Source of the DNA: Marsupella aquatica
Taxonomy: Eukaryota > Plantae > Marchantiophyta
Assembly: GCA_973895155.1 (NCBI GenBank)
Contig: OZ316892.1
Coordinates: 18,156,357 to 18,220,356, forward strand
Direction of reading: 5' to 3'
DNA: 64,000 nt
Part shown: in pieces, positions 25,495 to 36,999 of the stretch
How the letters are laid out: the number at the start of each line of letters is the position of its first letter
How positions within the stretch are numbered: the first letter of the stretch is position 1
Notes under the pieces: model-generated
Told to the model about the DNA's origin: nothing
What the model saw: only the letters and a program-made list of their open reading frames with translations
Database searches by the model: none
Translations under genes and position numbers: made by a program

Positions 25495-26620
25495 TATACA
25501 TCTCAAACTGCCAAAAAACATAGGGCGCCTCAGGCAAAAGACCCAATCAAGGGGGGGACCACCAAGGGGCCAAAAAGGCAAGAAATCAAAGGAACAAAGA
25601 ACTAACTCATACCCAAAAACCAGGACCCCAAACTTACCCCTCAGCAAACTGAAGAGCCTGGTATAGGTCAGGTGTGAACTGCATGGGAGGGTCAAACAAA
25701 CGAATCCTATTAGAGGCCCTAAGACCAACAGTCTCCCCCCTACTAACAATGTTGAACGCTTGTGCCCGATGAAGCGCAACAGACACCCTCTGTCTAAAGA
25801 ATGCGATGATGACAGACACTGGGAGATAGAGCCTCCGCTCGATGTACTGAACTGCACAAGAACATAAAGAACGGTCAAAGAAAAAAGGGAGAGAAAAGAA
25901 GAGGAAGGATGATCGAGATTAAAGCTTTGGACAGAATAAGAGTAGTGGGGAACAAAGGCGGGAGAGAAAGAGGAAGATCTAGAGGTCTTTAGCAAGGATT
26001 GCACAGAAGAGGATGCAATGTCGTAATAAGCACAGAGCTGGTAAATAGTAATTTCTCTTAGTAATTCTTTTGGTAGTGAAAAACAAAACCCAAATAATAA
26101 TAATACTGTAGTCCTGGCAAAAGGGACCATTATTGTCTGTTATTTTGATGCAAATGTACGTAAGAACAATCCATTAACCTAAAAAGATAATTGCATTATA
26201 CTAAGACCCCTGGACCGGAATCAGACTCACACCTGCATGTGATATTTCAAACCTTCACAGGAACTCGGATTTTTGTTAGGTAAGGTTAGAAACCGGCTAA
26301 GGCACCATTCAAATATATTCTGAGCATTACAGGCAGATTGATCCTTTAATTTGAAGCATGTTTAAAAGGCCGCTTCCTTGTAACACCTCTTGATACACGG
26401 TTTCAAAGAGCTGGAAAAGGGCTATAGATGCTTCCTGTAGGGCTGATAATGGCAACAATATATAAGCCCTAATAGCCTGGTCAACTTTCACCAGCCTGCC
26501 AGATGATGGGGGGTTAGCAATTTGTACTTTTGAATTACAGGCTCTCGCCTGCAAAATGCAGTATAGCACTAAGTTGATTTATTAGCAGTTTTCAGAGTGT
26601 CTAGGTCCGGATCTCCAGAG
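25495..26620 (-). mobile_element. Longer copy of the same dispersed repeat as 14671-14970 (probable decayed LINE 3' portion)
   Basis: 25495-25779 is homologous to 14671-14970. The extension to ~26620 is inferred only from decayed ORF-like composition. Confidence 0.5.
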
Positions 26621-27316
26621 GTCAACAACGACAAACAGTAGCATCATATGGAATAGAATATTGGGTATTCTATTTTGACACGTTTTACAAAACACATGAA
26701 ATAAACAAAGTGAGTGTTTTCAACGCAAGAATGTAGAATACTCTTTATTTTATATATTTTGAAACAAATATTCATCTAAACGTAAAAAGTTCGCTTAAGG
26801 GCATTCAATTCGTTCAGGATCATACATATGATATACTGAAACACACACTACATTAAACCCCAAGATCTTGATGACAAGGACAATGATCAGTAATAACGTA
26901 AGAAAGGAATCACTTTAATTAATTAAAAGGAAAGAATGAATTTGGATCCAATGCCTCTGCTTGCGGCCAATTCAGGTATACTAGCTACTCCTACTTTGAA
27001 CAGTCTCCTTCCAGGATGGGATAGGGCCTGTGCTCCCTTAGCTCCATGCCCCAAACAAGTACTATTCCTGTTGGTTAATTAGCCATCACCTAATAAAGTT
27101 GCACAAGGATCATCTTGATGTCACTAGGGGTCTCAAAGCTGACAATTGGATGTACCTTAACTCCCTAGTTACGAGTTTAGGACATAAAAAATTATGGACC
27201 ACGAAATTCGTGGTCCATAACTTTTTGCCATAAGGATTGGTCGTATGTCATTGTCATTAGTCACTGTAAAGGTTGGTGAAAGGAAAAACAAAAAATACTC
27301 TACATAACCTTGTGAA

Positions 27317-27488
27317 TGTTATGAGGTAACTAGTCCTAGACCAGACTAGGAGGTTACCTTTACCATGGTTACCTCAAGACACTATATATACACCCGGTTG
27401 ATCCCCAACCGAGTGATTCATTCATTCATTAATACTTTCATTCAATCTCTCTCCCTCTCCAACTATGTATGAATCCTATATCACAACA
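27317..27488 (+). repeat. 5' LTR (172 bp)
   Basis: tgttatgaggtaactagtcc...cctatatcacaaca, containing a TATA-like 'ctatatata'. Confidence 0.95.
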
Positions 27489-30400
27489 CGTTATCAACAC
27501 GACTCTAGGAGGCTGAGCACTTGAATTTTTTTTAGGGATTCGACAAGTGACAAAAATTAGACACTTGAGGGAATCCCAAGACAAAATCCCTTCAAGGAAA
27601 CCTTCATTTGACAGTCCATGTCAACCTGGCGTTGGAAATTGATGGAGTATCCTCTATGAGAAACTGACTCCCAAGAAATTAGAAGAAACAAAATCAGAAG
27701 GAGAGGCTGATCAGACAAAGAGTCGAACCCCTGGATTGACCCTTATGGGATCATTAATAAAAGCTTTAGAGGAATTGATTCTGAAATGCAAGATTGAAAG
27801 TACGCAGCATGATTTATGGAAGGAGGAGAAGAAACACTGCACCGCAAAGTCCATAGAGAAACCAGGATAAAGCTTGGGCTGGAGTCAATCAATCCAATCA
27901 AAGAGACCTGATTGAATAGAGGCAGAGCACAATCAACAAAATTTCAATCAAGGTGAGATCTGAAAAGGCACCACACCCTATAGAGAACGAATGTTGCATT
28001 AGGGCTCAACAACCGGAGGGTGAAAAGGACTGAAGGAAATTTGAGGGATGGAAACCTCATGAGAAGACAACACAGTGATCACGGACGCAGCCGCGAAGCC
28101 ATGCAAAAGGGGGAGAATCGATGCACAAGCCCAAAACGGCAAAATTTGGACCAGGCTTTTCGAGAAACCATCAACAAAACTTGATAAGTGCAAAACCCCC
28201 ATACTTGCAACTCATTATAAAGAGTATTTTTACTTACAAAAGAATCAGATCACTTAAAGCATCTTTTTCAAAGTTTTTAAATCACTTTAAGATACATGTG
28301 TAATCCTTAACATAAACCTAAATCACAAGCTTACACTCTCATTTTACAAATGTGAATACTGTGCCTTTACACATTACCTACCAATACACATGTTGAGTTT
28401 ACAAGCATTTATACACATTGAATACATATAACATGGTTGTTACACCATTAATATCACTTTCCACCATAGGGGGAGGAACGCACATTGTACCCACAACTAT
28501 CTCTCACCTCCTAATGTCATTTTGGTTCATTCACCTTCTAGTACCATTTGAACATATACACCTTCTGGTATCATTTGATCTCATAAGATCCAAATGGACT
28601 CAAATAAGGGACTTTTCATGACTAACAAAGGTAAAGGTAGAAATGATTTGATAATGGGCAAAGCCCCTAATCTCATCTGTACATGAGTTAATGAGGAGTT
28701 AATATGGGCAAAGCCCGTAATCGTTACATTCTCTTGATCAGTGGGCATTCCTATCGGACCTTACCTATAGATGAGTTCCAAATTTCAGAGATATTCCTCA
28801 CACTCACAATTTCAAGAGAAAATAACATGCATTTTATGCAGATCAATGGGAAGAAACTTCATTGTCTCTAACTTATCTACTCAAAAACTTAAACCAAACT
28901 CATACACTACAATGGAAAGTACCTCAGTCTGTACTTGGCCATACACATAGTGATTAAGACCCAAAACCAGAATCTTATACTTTGATTAAAGTTTTATACA
29001 CTTTTAGCATGCATGCCTTTACAACTTGTACAGAATAAGACCACAAACCTCATCCTTTCGGACCTAGGATCATGTTCACCAGACAAAATGAAAACACGTA
29101 CTCTAAGACACTGGACTAGGATAAGGGAATTAGAAAACTAACAATGTTAAAGGTATGGTACAGATGTTTGGATTATGGGCAAAGCCCCTAACCTCATCTA
29201 GTCAAGACCCAATGCGGGGTTAATATGGGCAAAGCCCGTAATCTACCTTGATACACTTTTCATTTTGGGGAACAGAATAACATCGCGGACCAATGACACA
29301 TTCACCTTTGTGTATTACTATTAAACAAATCTCTTAGATTGAAACTAAAATTAAGACAATTTTCATCCCCACACCCAACATAGAATTAATCGGAAAACAA
29401 TATGAATTAGATGCAGACCAAGGGAAAAACTCAATTCTCTCAAAACTTATCTATTGAAGAACTTGAGCCCACCTACACCACAATTATACATACAACTAGT
29501 ACTTGGAAACTAAACAGAGACTATCCTCATATATCTCTATACAAGGAGCCAAATAGTTTAGGAGGAGCATCTTATCTCCACAAGTTACTCTAACTTCAAA
29601 TCTCCCTACATGGCTATCCCATGTCTCAATAATATTTTGAATCTACTTACATGACCTGCTACCCCATGTCTTGACACACTTGTCAAACTACCCCGTGATA
29701 TTTGCAGACGTGCAAGCAGACGTGCCACTCACGGGAGACCTAACTTAACCGACACCCTTTGGTGTGATTCTGGTTCATACACCCTCTGGTGTAGCTTGAG
29801 ACCTAACACCCTCTAGTGTCAACAACCCTGTGTCCACTAGCACCTCTGTGCCTCCTGACACCTTCGTGTCCATCAGCACCACTATACTCTCAAATGAGCT
29901 TATTGCCATAGATTCTCCCATGATAACATTGCCCCATCCTACCCACATATGGGTTTTTTTATCTTGACTTTAGGCATTTCTAAATATGGTACTTACACCA
30001 TACCAAACTAGGACTTTTACATTATTTTTATAATAATACATGATTAGCATCCGTTGATGCAACATGTCTACTCCACACTTTGGAAAACTCCCATTTAGCA
30101 ATTGGGCTAATTAGCACCTTTGGTATCAATCCAGTGATCTGAAACATATAGGATAATGCCACTGCATCCCCACACAACCCACATTAATTATCTTAATACC
30201 CCCTGGTATTAGATAGCATAAGCCATACTAAAACATGACATGGTTACTCCAGCTACTAACCAAACTACTAATTATTTGGAACTTAGATTGTTTATTTGAT
30301 GCAAGGCCATACAGGTGACCCAAATTTCAAATGCGGAGAACTAGACAAAGTTTTTCATGAAGGCATTGACCCCTCCTATCCACAGACACCACTGCCATGC

Positions 30401-30760
30401 AATTGAACTCCGAAGCTTACACCACCTGATTACTACTGATTGACACACACCACCACTGTGGTTCAACTCTCACATCTCACCAAGAGAACCAACCGGCTGT
30501 ACTCTTTTTCCTTTAGGGTCATATATTTTATTTTTTCTCTACTACCCTGGTAGAGTTGTTTTTACCTCAATCTAGCACCACTAAAGGTTCTAACGAGGCA
30601 GTCCACCTCTTTGGTCAATCAAATTAAGCATGCAACACTTTTTACTATCACTGAAACTCATCTCGTGCAAGTCTATAAGCATGGTGATAGATTTTTCTTA
30701 CCTAGTTCTAGGACTAGTCTAGATTGTCTCCATAACTCCCATTATGTAGCCAAGGGGGAG

Positions 30761-30936
30761 TGTTATGAGGTAACTAGTCCTAGACCAGACTAGGAGGTTA
30801 CCTTTACCATGGTTACCTCAAGACACTATATATACACCCGGTTGATCCCCAACTGAGTGATTCATTCATTCATTCATTAATACATTCATTCAATCTCTCT
30901 CCCTTTCCAACTATGTATGAATCCTATATCACAACA
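30761..30936 (+). repeat. 3' LTR (176 bp)
   Basis: Near-identical to the 5' LTR and followed by the TSD gtgaa. Confidence 0.95.
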
Positions 30937-31041
30937 GTGAAAAAGTTATGACCGAATCTTTACGGCTGAATGTGAAAAAGTTATCACCGAATCTTTACGG
31001 CTGAATGTGAAAAAGTTATCACCGAATCTTTACGGCTGAAT
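30937..31041. repeat. 35-bp tandem repeat x3
   Basis: gtgaaaaagttat(g/c)accgaatctttacggctgaat repeated three times. Confidence 0.95.
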
Positions 31042-31659
31042 GTCCTCATCCGTAATTTCTCAGCTTTGACACGCCATATCAATATTGATATAGCAATTCA
31101 AGAGTTGCAGGGCCTACTGGCGACTCCTAAATTTTAAACTGTGGCAGATCTCATGACACCTGATTGCTCTTGGGACTAAATATCATAACAACTAAACCTA
31201 GGGGACAGAGAGCTCTCCTTAACTAGCACAGTCAGTTGGACAATAGTCATGGGGTGTTGAATGTTCCGAGTGAGCAACCGTATGGCAGTAGGAATGGCTG
31301 GAAGGGGAACAGCAAGGTTGGAGCTTGCACTTGAGAAAAGCAGGGGGAAGTGATTGCTCCACGTGAGACTAGAGATTCTGAACACTGCTACTCGAGTGAA
31401 TACTCCTTTGCTCGTCAAAGTACAGACCACTGGTGACTAATTGCATAACTCTTATTGTGGACATCAGCCATTAATCCAACCGAAGAGAACATTGTTTTAG
31501 GGTATATTACTTGAACTATTTCACTGAAGCTGAGGTCTGTCATTCTTACTTGGACTGGTCTGCACTTGTTCCAAAGAACTTGGACTGCTCTTTGTGTACT
31601 TGTTCCAGACAACACAATTGGCGAATGGAAGGTAATACTCCAGGAAAGGATCCTTCTAC

Positions 31660-32452
31660 TCAAGGGGTAGACGCATCCCTGAAATCAACATCCAAATGTG
31701 CCAATATACTCACTCCATACCTTGCTAAGCCCTTAAAAAAATGCACATAAAAATGGGACAATGTACCCACTCTATACCATGATAAACCTAATCATTCTGT
31801 TTAGATCACTTTAGATCACTGCACATCAAAATATGACTACATTCAACATTTCATACCATAATGAACTTAATTATTCTGTTTAGATCATTGAGTGTTGCTC
31901 ATGGTGTACCATATATTGTCACACTTTGATGTGGAGTTATCAAGATCAACATTTAATACCATGATAAACCTAATTATTCTGTTAAGATCATTGAGTGTTA
32001 TTAGCCGTGTACCATACATTGTCAGATTTTCGTGTGCAACAAACATTTTGGTTTTTATGTGTGCCATATATATATTGTCACATTTTGGTGTGAAACCTAG
32101 CCTCACATTTTGTTATGCAAGATTTTGGTGTGCAATACACATTTTGGTTTTTATGTGTGCAATATATTATTACATTTTGGTGTGAAACTAAGCCTGACAT
32201 TTTGATGTGCAATTACAGGACTGATGGTAGAAGTGTTGCCACACTTGGTGTGCAATACACATTTGGGATTTTGTGGATTTTGTGTGCCACATATTGTCAC
32301 CAAGACGCCTGACATTGTGATGTGAATATGTTGTCACACTTTGTTGTGCATTTACCAGGACGTATAGTAGAAGTGCCTGCACATTTCGTTGACATTTCAG
32401 TCCAAGTCACAGTTTCACTTTGGATTGGATTACGTGCTAGACCGCCCATTGC
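31660..32452. repeat. Foldback-like AT-rich element with internal tandem subrepeats
   Basis: Internal repeats 'accatgataaacctaat.attctgt.tagatca' and 'cacattttggtgtg/tttatgtgtgc'. The left arm (ctgaaat..caac..aaatgtgc...aaatgcaca..aaa.tg.gacaa) loosely mirrors the right arm. Confidence 0.45.
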
Positions 32453-33962
32453 AAACCGTTCTGGCCGTGGGTCATACTTCCTGCTGTTATCCACCTGCTG
32501 TTGCCAAAGTGCAAAGCCTTCTCGGGCCCAAACTATCTAAAGTGGTTCCTCATGGAAGTCCACCGGAGCTCTCACCCAACATCTTTATGGTCGACTACCA
32601 ACTCACATACTTAGGGAGACATCCGCTGTTTAAAACTCGAACCCCAGAGAAGCGAATTTCGGCAAGACATAAACTTAAGCAAGCCTTGATCACAGGAAAA
32701 GTGCTCATGACCTTACCAAGCAGACTTTCTTCACTTATTAATTGCTTCGGCATAGATTCAAATTTGAAGAATTTCAAAGTGACGCCTGTTCAATTCGAGG
32801 TTCAATGACGGAGACGGACTTTTGATTCCTGGAGAAGTCTGAGGAACTATGACGTTAAGAAAACCTCGTGAGGTGTAACTGTCAGTGCTTTGTCCGGGAG
32901 CGCGTGAAGTTCGAAAGAAAAAATTCAAAGAAATGACAGTTGACCATACAACTCCCGAGAACTCTGTAGCTTCACTTGCCAGAGCACGTAGATGGACGAG
33001 AGGTGTGCAAGATGGCCACTAATAGAAGAGGTGCCGGTTCTGTTGACAATGAAAGGACAGTACAGCTGCACAAGAGGTGCTCATGTTCCCTGCAACGGAT
33101 TGGTTAGCCAGCTTGCTAAGCATCAGAGCTGGTTGCATTCCAGAGCTACGGACGATAAGGGAGAGCTTGACAAAGGAAGCCAGGCAATTACGGTCACCAT
33201 GGAGAGAAATGGGAAGCAGAAGCAACTGAAGGATCGAGCAGTCAACCCGACTGCAGAATTGCATAAACAGTAATGCTGTGGTTTCTCCCTGTGAAGGCGT
33301 TCGTTGCAACAAGAATGTCATTGCAACCGTAATCAGTGGTCTCGAATTTAAACCAGTGGAGCAATAGAATCATGTACAAGCAAATAGGTATGTCCCCGAA
33401 ATAGAGATTGTGCTGGTCGATTGATCTCCCGCAGATTGTGATCTGCTTCTGGAGTGATTTTCTATTGAAGGGCATGGGCAATAAAATTCACAAACCAATA
33501 AATCCTAATGACATGTACAAAAGACTCTCGAGACTTATCGGTAAAAGTAAGCCCAACACTAAGGAGTAATGGGCAACCAAGGGCTCGTGAGTAAGTAAAC
33601 ACCTGGGCACAATACACCAGACAGAAATCAGGTGTGACTCTGGACTCTGGCCCTCTAAACAGGCACTCAACGGCAATGGAGGCTGGATGCCAGGAACAAC
33701 CTCCAAATTACTAGAAGTAAAGCTTCACGTTTCCTGATCCCTGCATATAAAAACAGGGAGTTCAGATACATACATATGTGTACATGTACTAGTACATCCT
33801 TAAGATGTCTCACTGAGCACCATAACCCCCACAAACTGGAACCAACGAAAATGCAAAAATCGGAGTAGCTGACAGTGAGGAAGAAGTACATACCCATGGA
33901 GCCGAATAAATTGAATGCCAGGAGAAAATCATATAGGCGGGGAGACAATAATGCAAGGCCAC

Positions 33963-35234
33963 CTAAGGCTGGGAAGCATCATCACCGCCATCCACATATG
34001 ATTGAGCAAGAATTTGTTCAGCTCTTCTTTTCCTATCGTCCTTCTCCTCTTCTTTCCCCGGAACTGCCACTTTTCCTTTCTCAGCCAGAGTTGGGCGTTG
34101 GAGGGCTCCAATACTAATCTGGGCGGACAAAGCCTTGCTACGCGCCTTCTTACCCCAATCAAAACTCATGAGTACCGGACGTCGATCTTTGGCCTCTGGA
34201 ATGGACTGGCCAGAGCTTCCAAACACGGTGTCCAAATTTTCCAATCCATGCTTTGCGGCCTCGAGAACAGAGGGAAACGTTTCCAGAACCGAACGCAAAG
34301 CTGCCTTCGTTTCCAGCTCTCGGATTTGAAGCCCATTGTCGCCTGCTCCTTTCCCAGGAAAAGAAATCAAAGACACCTTCTTCTCCCCCGCGGGCAATGG
34401 GGAAGCAAGATATGGATTCTGCCAAGCTGTCACTCGCTTTCCCTTTCCTTTTCCCTGTTGGCCCTCTGACTCCAGCTTAGAGAGTAGAACGGCTTGTTCG
34501 CTAGTCGGGGGCCACTGCTTCCGAGAGGGGTGAGACGGTGACGACGGCGCCCCAGGAGCCCCCTGGCTGGACGAAGCTCCTCCGGCAGTTGAAGATGGAG
34601 GCTCACTTTGAGCTGAGGGCTGGTCAGTTCCCTTTTCAGCCGCCCTGCCAGAGGAAAGACGAAGGTGGAGAGAAACAAAAGACCTTTCCGCCTTCCGTCG
34701 CTGTCTCACAATTTCGAGCTTGTCTATCCTGGGATCACTCTTCCTCTCGTCCCACACGGGAGTGGACTTGTACGTGTGCGGGTCAGGAAAGGCCGGGAGC
34801 CAAGCGGGGATGTGCGGGTGAGGGGGCACCTCTCCCAGTTGAGCAAAGCTCGGGGGGGCGACGCGCTTCTTCGTTATCGGAAAATGTGGCAGCGGCCTCG
34901 AGAACGGGATTTCCTCGCTGTACTCCACATACCGCATGACATCCTGCAGAGCCTTCGAGTTGGCGAGTGTGCGGGAAGTGTCTGTTGCCGATGAAGGACC
35001 TGTGCCAACGTCCTCCATGGCCATGATCACATCGAGTGCGTTACATTCTGTACGCCCGGCAAGATTGGCGTAGAAGTGGGCCGCTTTAGCCAGATCGCTG
35101 AGATAACGCAGTGCGATGTCAGCCAAGGCTTCCGCAGCCGAGCGCTGAAAGGCGTGGAAGCCGATTCCTTCGCACAATTGCGCCACTCCAATTTGAGCCA
35201 CTGCCCGGCCGAACTCGTCGCCGGATCCTGTCAT
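33963..35234 (-). CDS. TAF8: Transcription initiation factor TFIID subunit 8
   Basis: Intronless 423-aa ORF. Histone-fold BTP domain DEFGRAVAQIGVAQLCEGIGF...ANLAGRTECNALDV and TAF8_C motif PHIPAWLPAFPDPHTYKSTP...QRRKAERSFVSL. Confidence 0.95.
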   Translation of the reverse strand: MTGSGDEFGRAVAQIGVAQLCEGIGFHAFQRSAAEALADIALRYLSDLAKAAHFYANLAGRTECNALDVIMAMEDVGTGPSSATDTSRTLANSKALQDVMRYVEYSEEIPFSRPLPHFPITKKRVAPPSFAQLGEVPPHPHIPAWLPAFPDPHTYKSTPVWDERKSDPRIDKLEIVRQRRKAERSFVSLHLRLSSGRAAEKGTDQPSAQSEPPSSTAGGASSSQGAPGAPSSPSHPSRKQWPPTSEQAVLLSKLESEGQQGKGKGKRVTAWQNPYLASPLPAGEKKVSLISFPGKGAGDNGLQIRELETKAALRSVLETFPSVLEAAKHGLENLDTVFGSSGQSIPEAKDRRPVLMSFDWGKKARSKALSAQISIGALQRPTLAEKGKVAVPGKEEEKDDRKRRAEQILAQSYVDGGDDASQP

Positions 35235-36999
35235 TGATTCCTTGTTACTTCATCCCTGCCGCACTTGGCTTACTACATAACAAGAATACTCAGTACCGTA
35301 GTAGTCCACCACCGACTCTTCTCCCCGTTCCAACCCCTAAATCTACCGAAAAAACCCTCCAGTAATAATTCCCTGCCTAAATCGTCGCCGATCCTGTCAT
35401 TGCTCCCTTCTTAGTTCATCCCTCCAACTGTGCAACACTTGCCTTGTTACATAACAAAGCTACTACTCAGTACTCGACCACCGCCTCACTTCCCAGTTCC
35501 AACCCCTAAATCCTTCCGGAAAACCCGTGCGTCTTCTCACACGAGCTCAAAAACGCTTCGTTACATCATCAGTGACCTGTGAACAGAAATTTCCCACGTT
35601 CGACAACGCTCCGTTTTCTGTATTCCGGCCTAGATTACTCTGTGCACACAACGCTCCATTATCATCATGTTGCTCACATTGGCCAAAAAATTGTTCCCCA
35701 CCTACAACGCTCCGATCACTTGTTGCCGTCGACTGATAGTTCTGCATGTTCAACAACCATGACCCCTGTTTGTTTGCTTGCTTTGTGTGACAGTCGTGCG
35801 TTCTCCGTGCTTGCCGCTTGGTGCATAGAAAGTGTACAGCAGTAATCGGTTGTACCTCCAGCTTGCGATGTTAGCGTTCAACAACGTACGAGCAAAATAC
35901 TCTCCTTTGGGCAAAGCTTTCCCTTACCTGACTACCGTCTTCCCTAACAACACACCATGGCCCTCTATTTGGAATAGTGCGCCGGGGCGCTCTATTTGTC
36001 CTGGGCATTGTATTTGAGTTGGCCTTGTGTTCGAATATTGGTGTCATATGACTCATGAATTTTTTATTGTTTGTTTTCAATGTACAACAATTTAGTGTCA
36101 AAACTCAAACACAAAGTTTAACTCGAACACAAAGCCAACATATGAACACAACGCCCAAACATTGTGTTAAAAAGACTTGTGTTTGAGTTCAAATGTGTTT
36201 TTTGTGACAGGACCAAAATTTCCCATTTTCAAACACATGCGTTTTTCCCATGGCGTTGTGTTATGGGGGAAGACAGTAGGCTCTTGATGCCTCTTAGACA
36301 AATTAATTTTTGGGGGCCACAACAACCCCTCTTTGGTTACCCTGCAATGGCACTGTAGGGTGAGAGGAGCTTGTGTTTGTCACAGATTGGAACATATGGG
36401 GCATCCACTTCCAAGGCTAAAAGAAGATAAAAGGCCTTTCTCCTTCCTGGTAGGAGAGGAAGCTTGGACAATGGACACAACAAAATGTTTTAGTTTACTT
36501 ACAAATCACATCTTATACTTTTGTTCCAAAGATAACATGTAAACATGCATTTGACCGGTCATAGGTAACAGTGGATTCCTCAGGTGTTCAGTATGCAACA
36601 GCCTTCTTTCTCATTCAATTGAAAGAGTTGTGTTCCCTTGGTTACCACCTATACCAGACCTGTTCCCAAACCTTGGTGGTGACAATAGGCTAAACAAAAA
36701 GTTTTGACAATATGGTGTGCAATATGGTTTCCAATCACTTCCAGTGAACTAAAGTGCAGCCGATAACCTCTTATACTTGTATATCATGGCATCATGAGGC
36801 TAAAGGAGTATCATGACACTCTAAAGTTTCTGTGTCCATTTCAGTAACATTGTCGAACTTTTGTCTCCATTTTAGGTTGCACTCCTTCTGGTATAGTCCT
36901 CTGTTGAGTGATAACTATGTTGGTGAGTTTTCTCCTATTAATCAGAGCCGCCTATTTCTTTGCATTTTATTCAAAAATAGTCGGATTATAGAACAACTA

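Larger units (their letters stand above)
27317..30936 (+). mobile_element. Non-autonomous Ty1/copia-derived LTR retrotransposon (Bianca-like PBS), 3620 bp
   Basis: LTRs 27317-27488 and 30761-30936, both TG...CA. They differ by 3 substitutions and one 4-bp (ttca) indel. TSD GTGAA at 27312-27316 and 30937-30941. PPT 'aagggggag' directly before the 3' LTR. PBS-like 'cgttatcaacacgac' directly after the 5' LTR. No long internal ORF, only eroded RNase H-like traces at ~30290-30700. Confidence 0.93.
27126..31076. mobile_element. Probable ~330-bp MITE/TIR element split by the LTR insertion
   Basis: Left end 'ggggtctcaaagctgacaattggatg' (27127-27152) is an imperfect inverted repeat of right end 'catccgtaatttctcagctttgacacgcc' (31047-31075). 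It also carries an internal palindrome and 35-bp subterminal repeats. Confidence 0.5.

Noticed and set aside
25342-26130. 262-aa hydrophobic minus-strand ORF
   Set aside because: It overlaps a dispersed repeat, has low-complexity L/S/F composition and no recognisable domain.
28650-29243. Hammerhead ribozyme / retrozyme interpretation of the hairpin modules
   Set aside because: No intact CUGANGA...GAAA core with the correct stems on either strand; only a partial 'agatgag'.
30937-31041. 35-bp repeats resembling a CRISPR array
   Set aside because: The units are contiguous with no unique spacers, there are no cas genes, and the context is eukaryotic.
32389-33321. Short ORFs downstream of TAF8 that look like possible pseudogene fragments
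   Set aside because: No motif could be confidently recognised and no consistent splice model was found.
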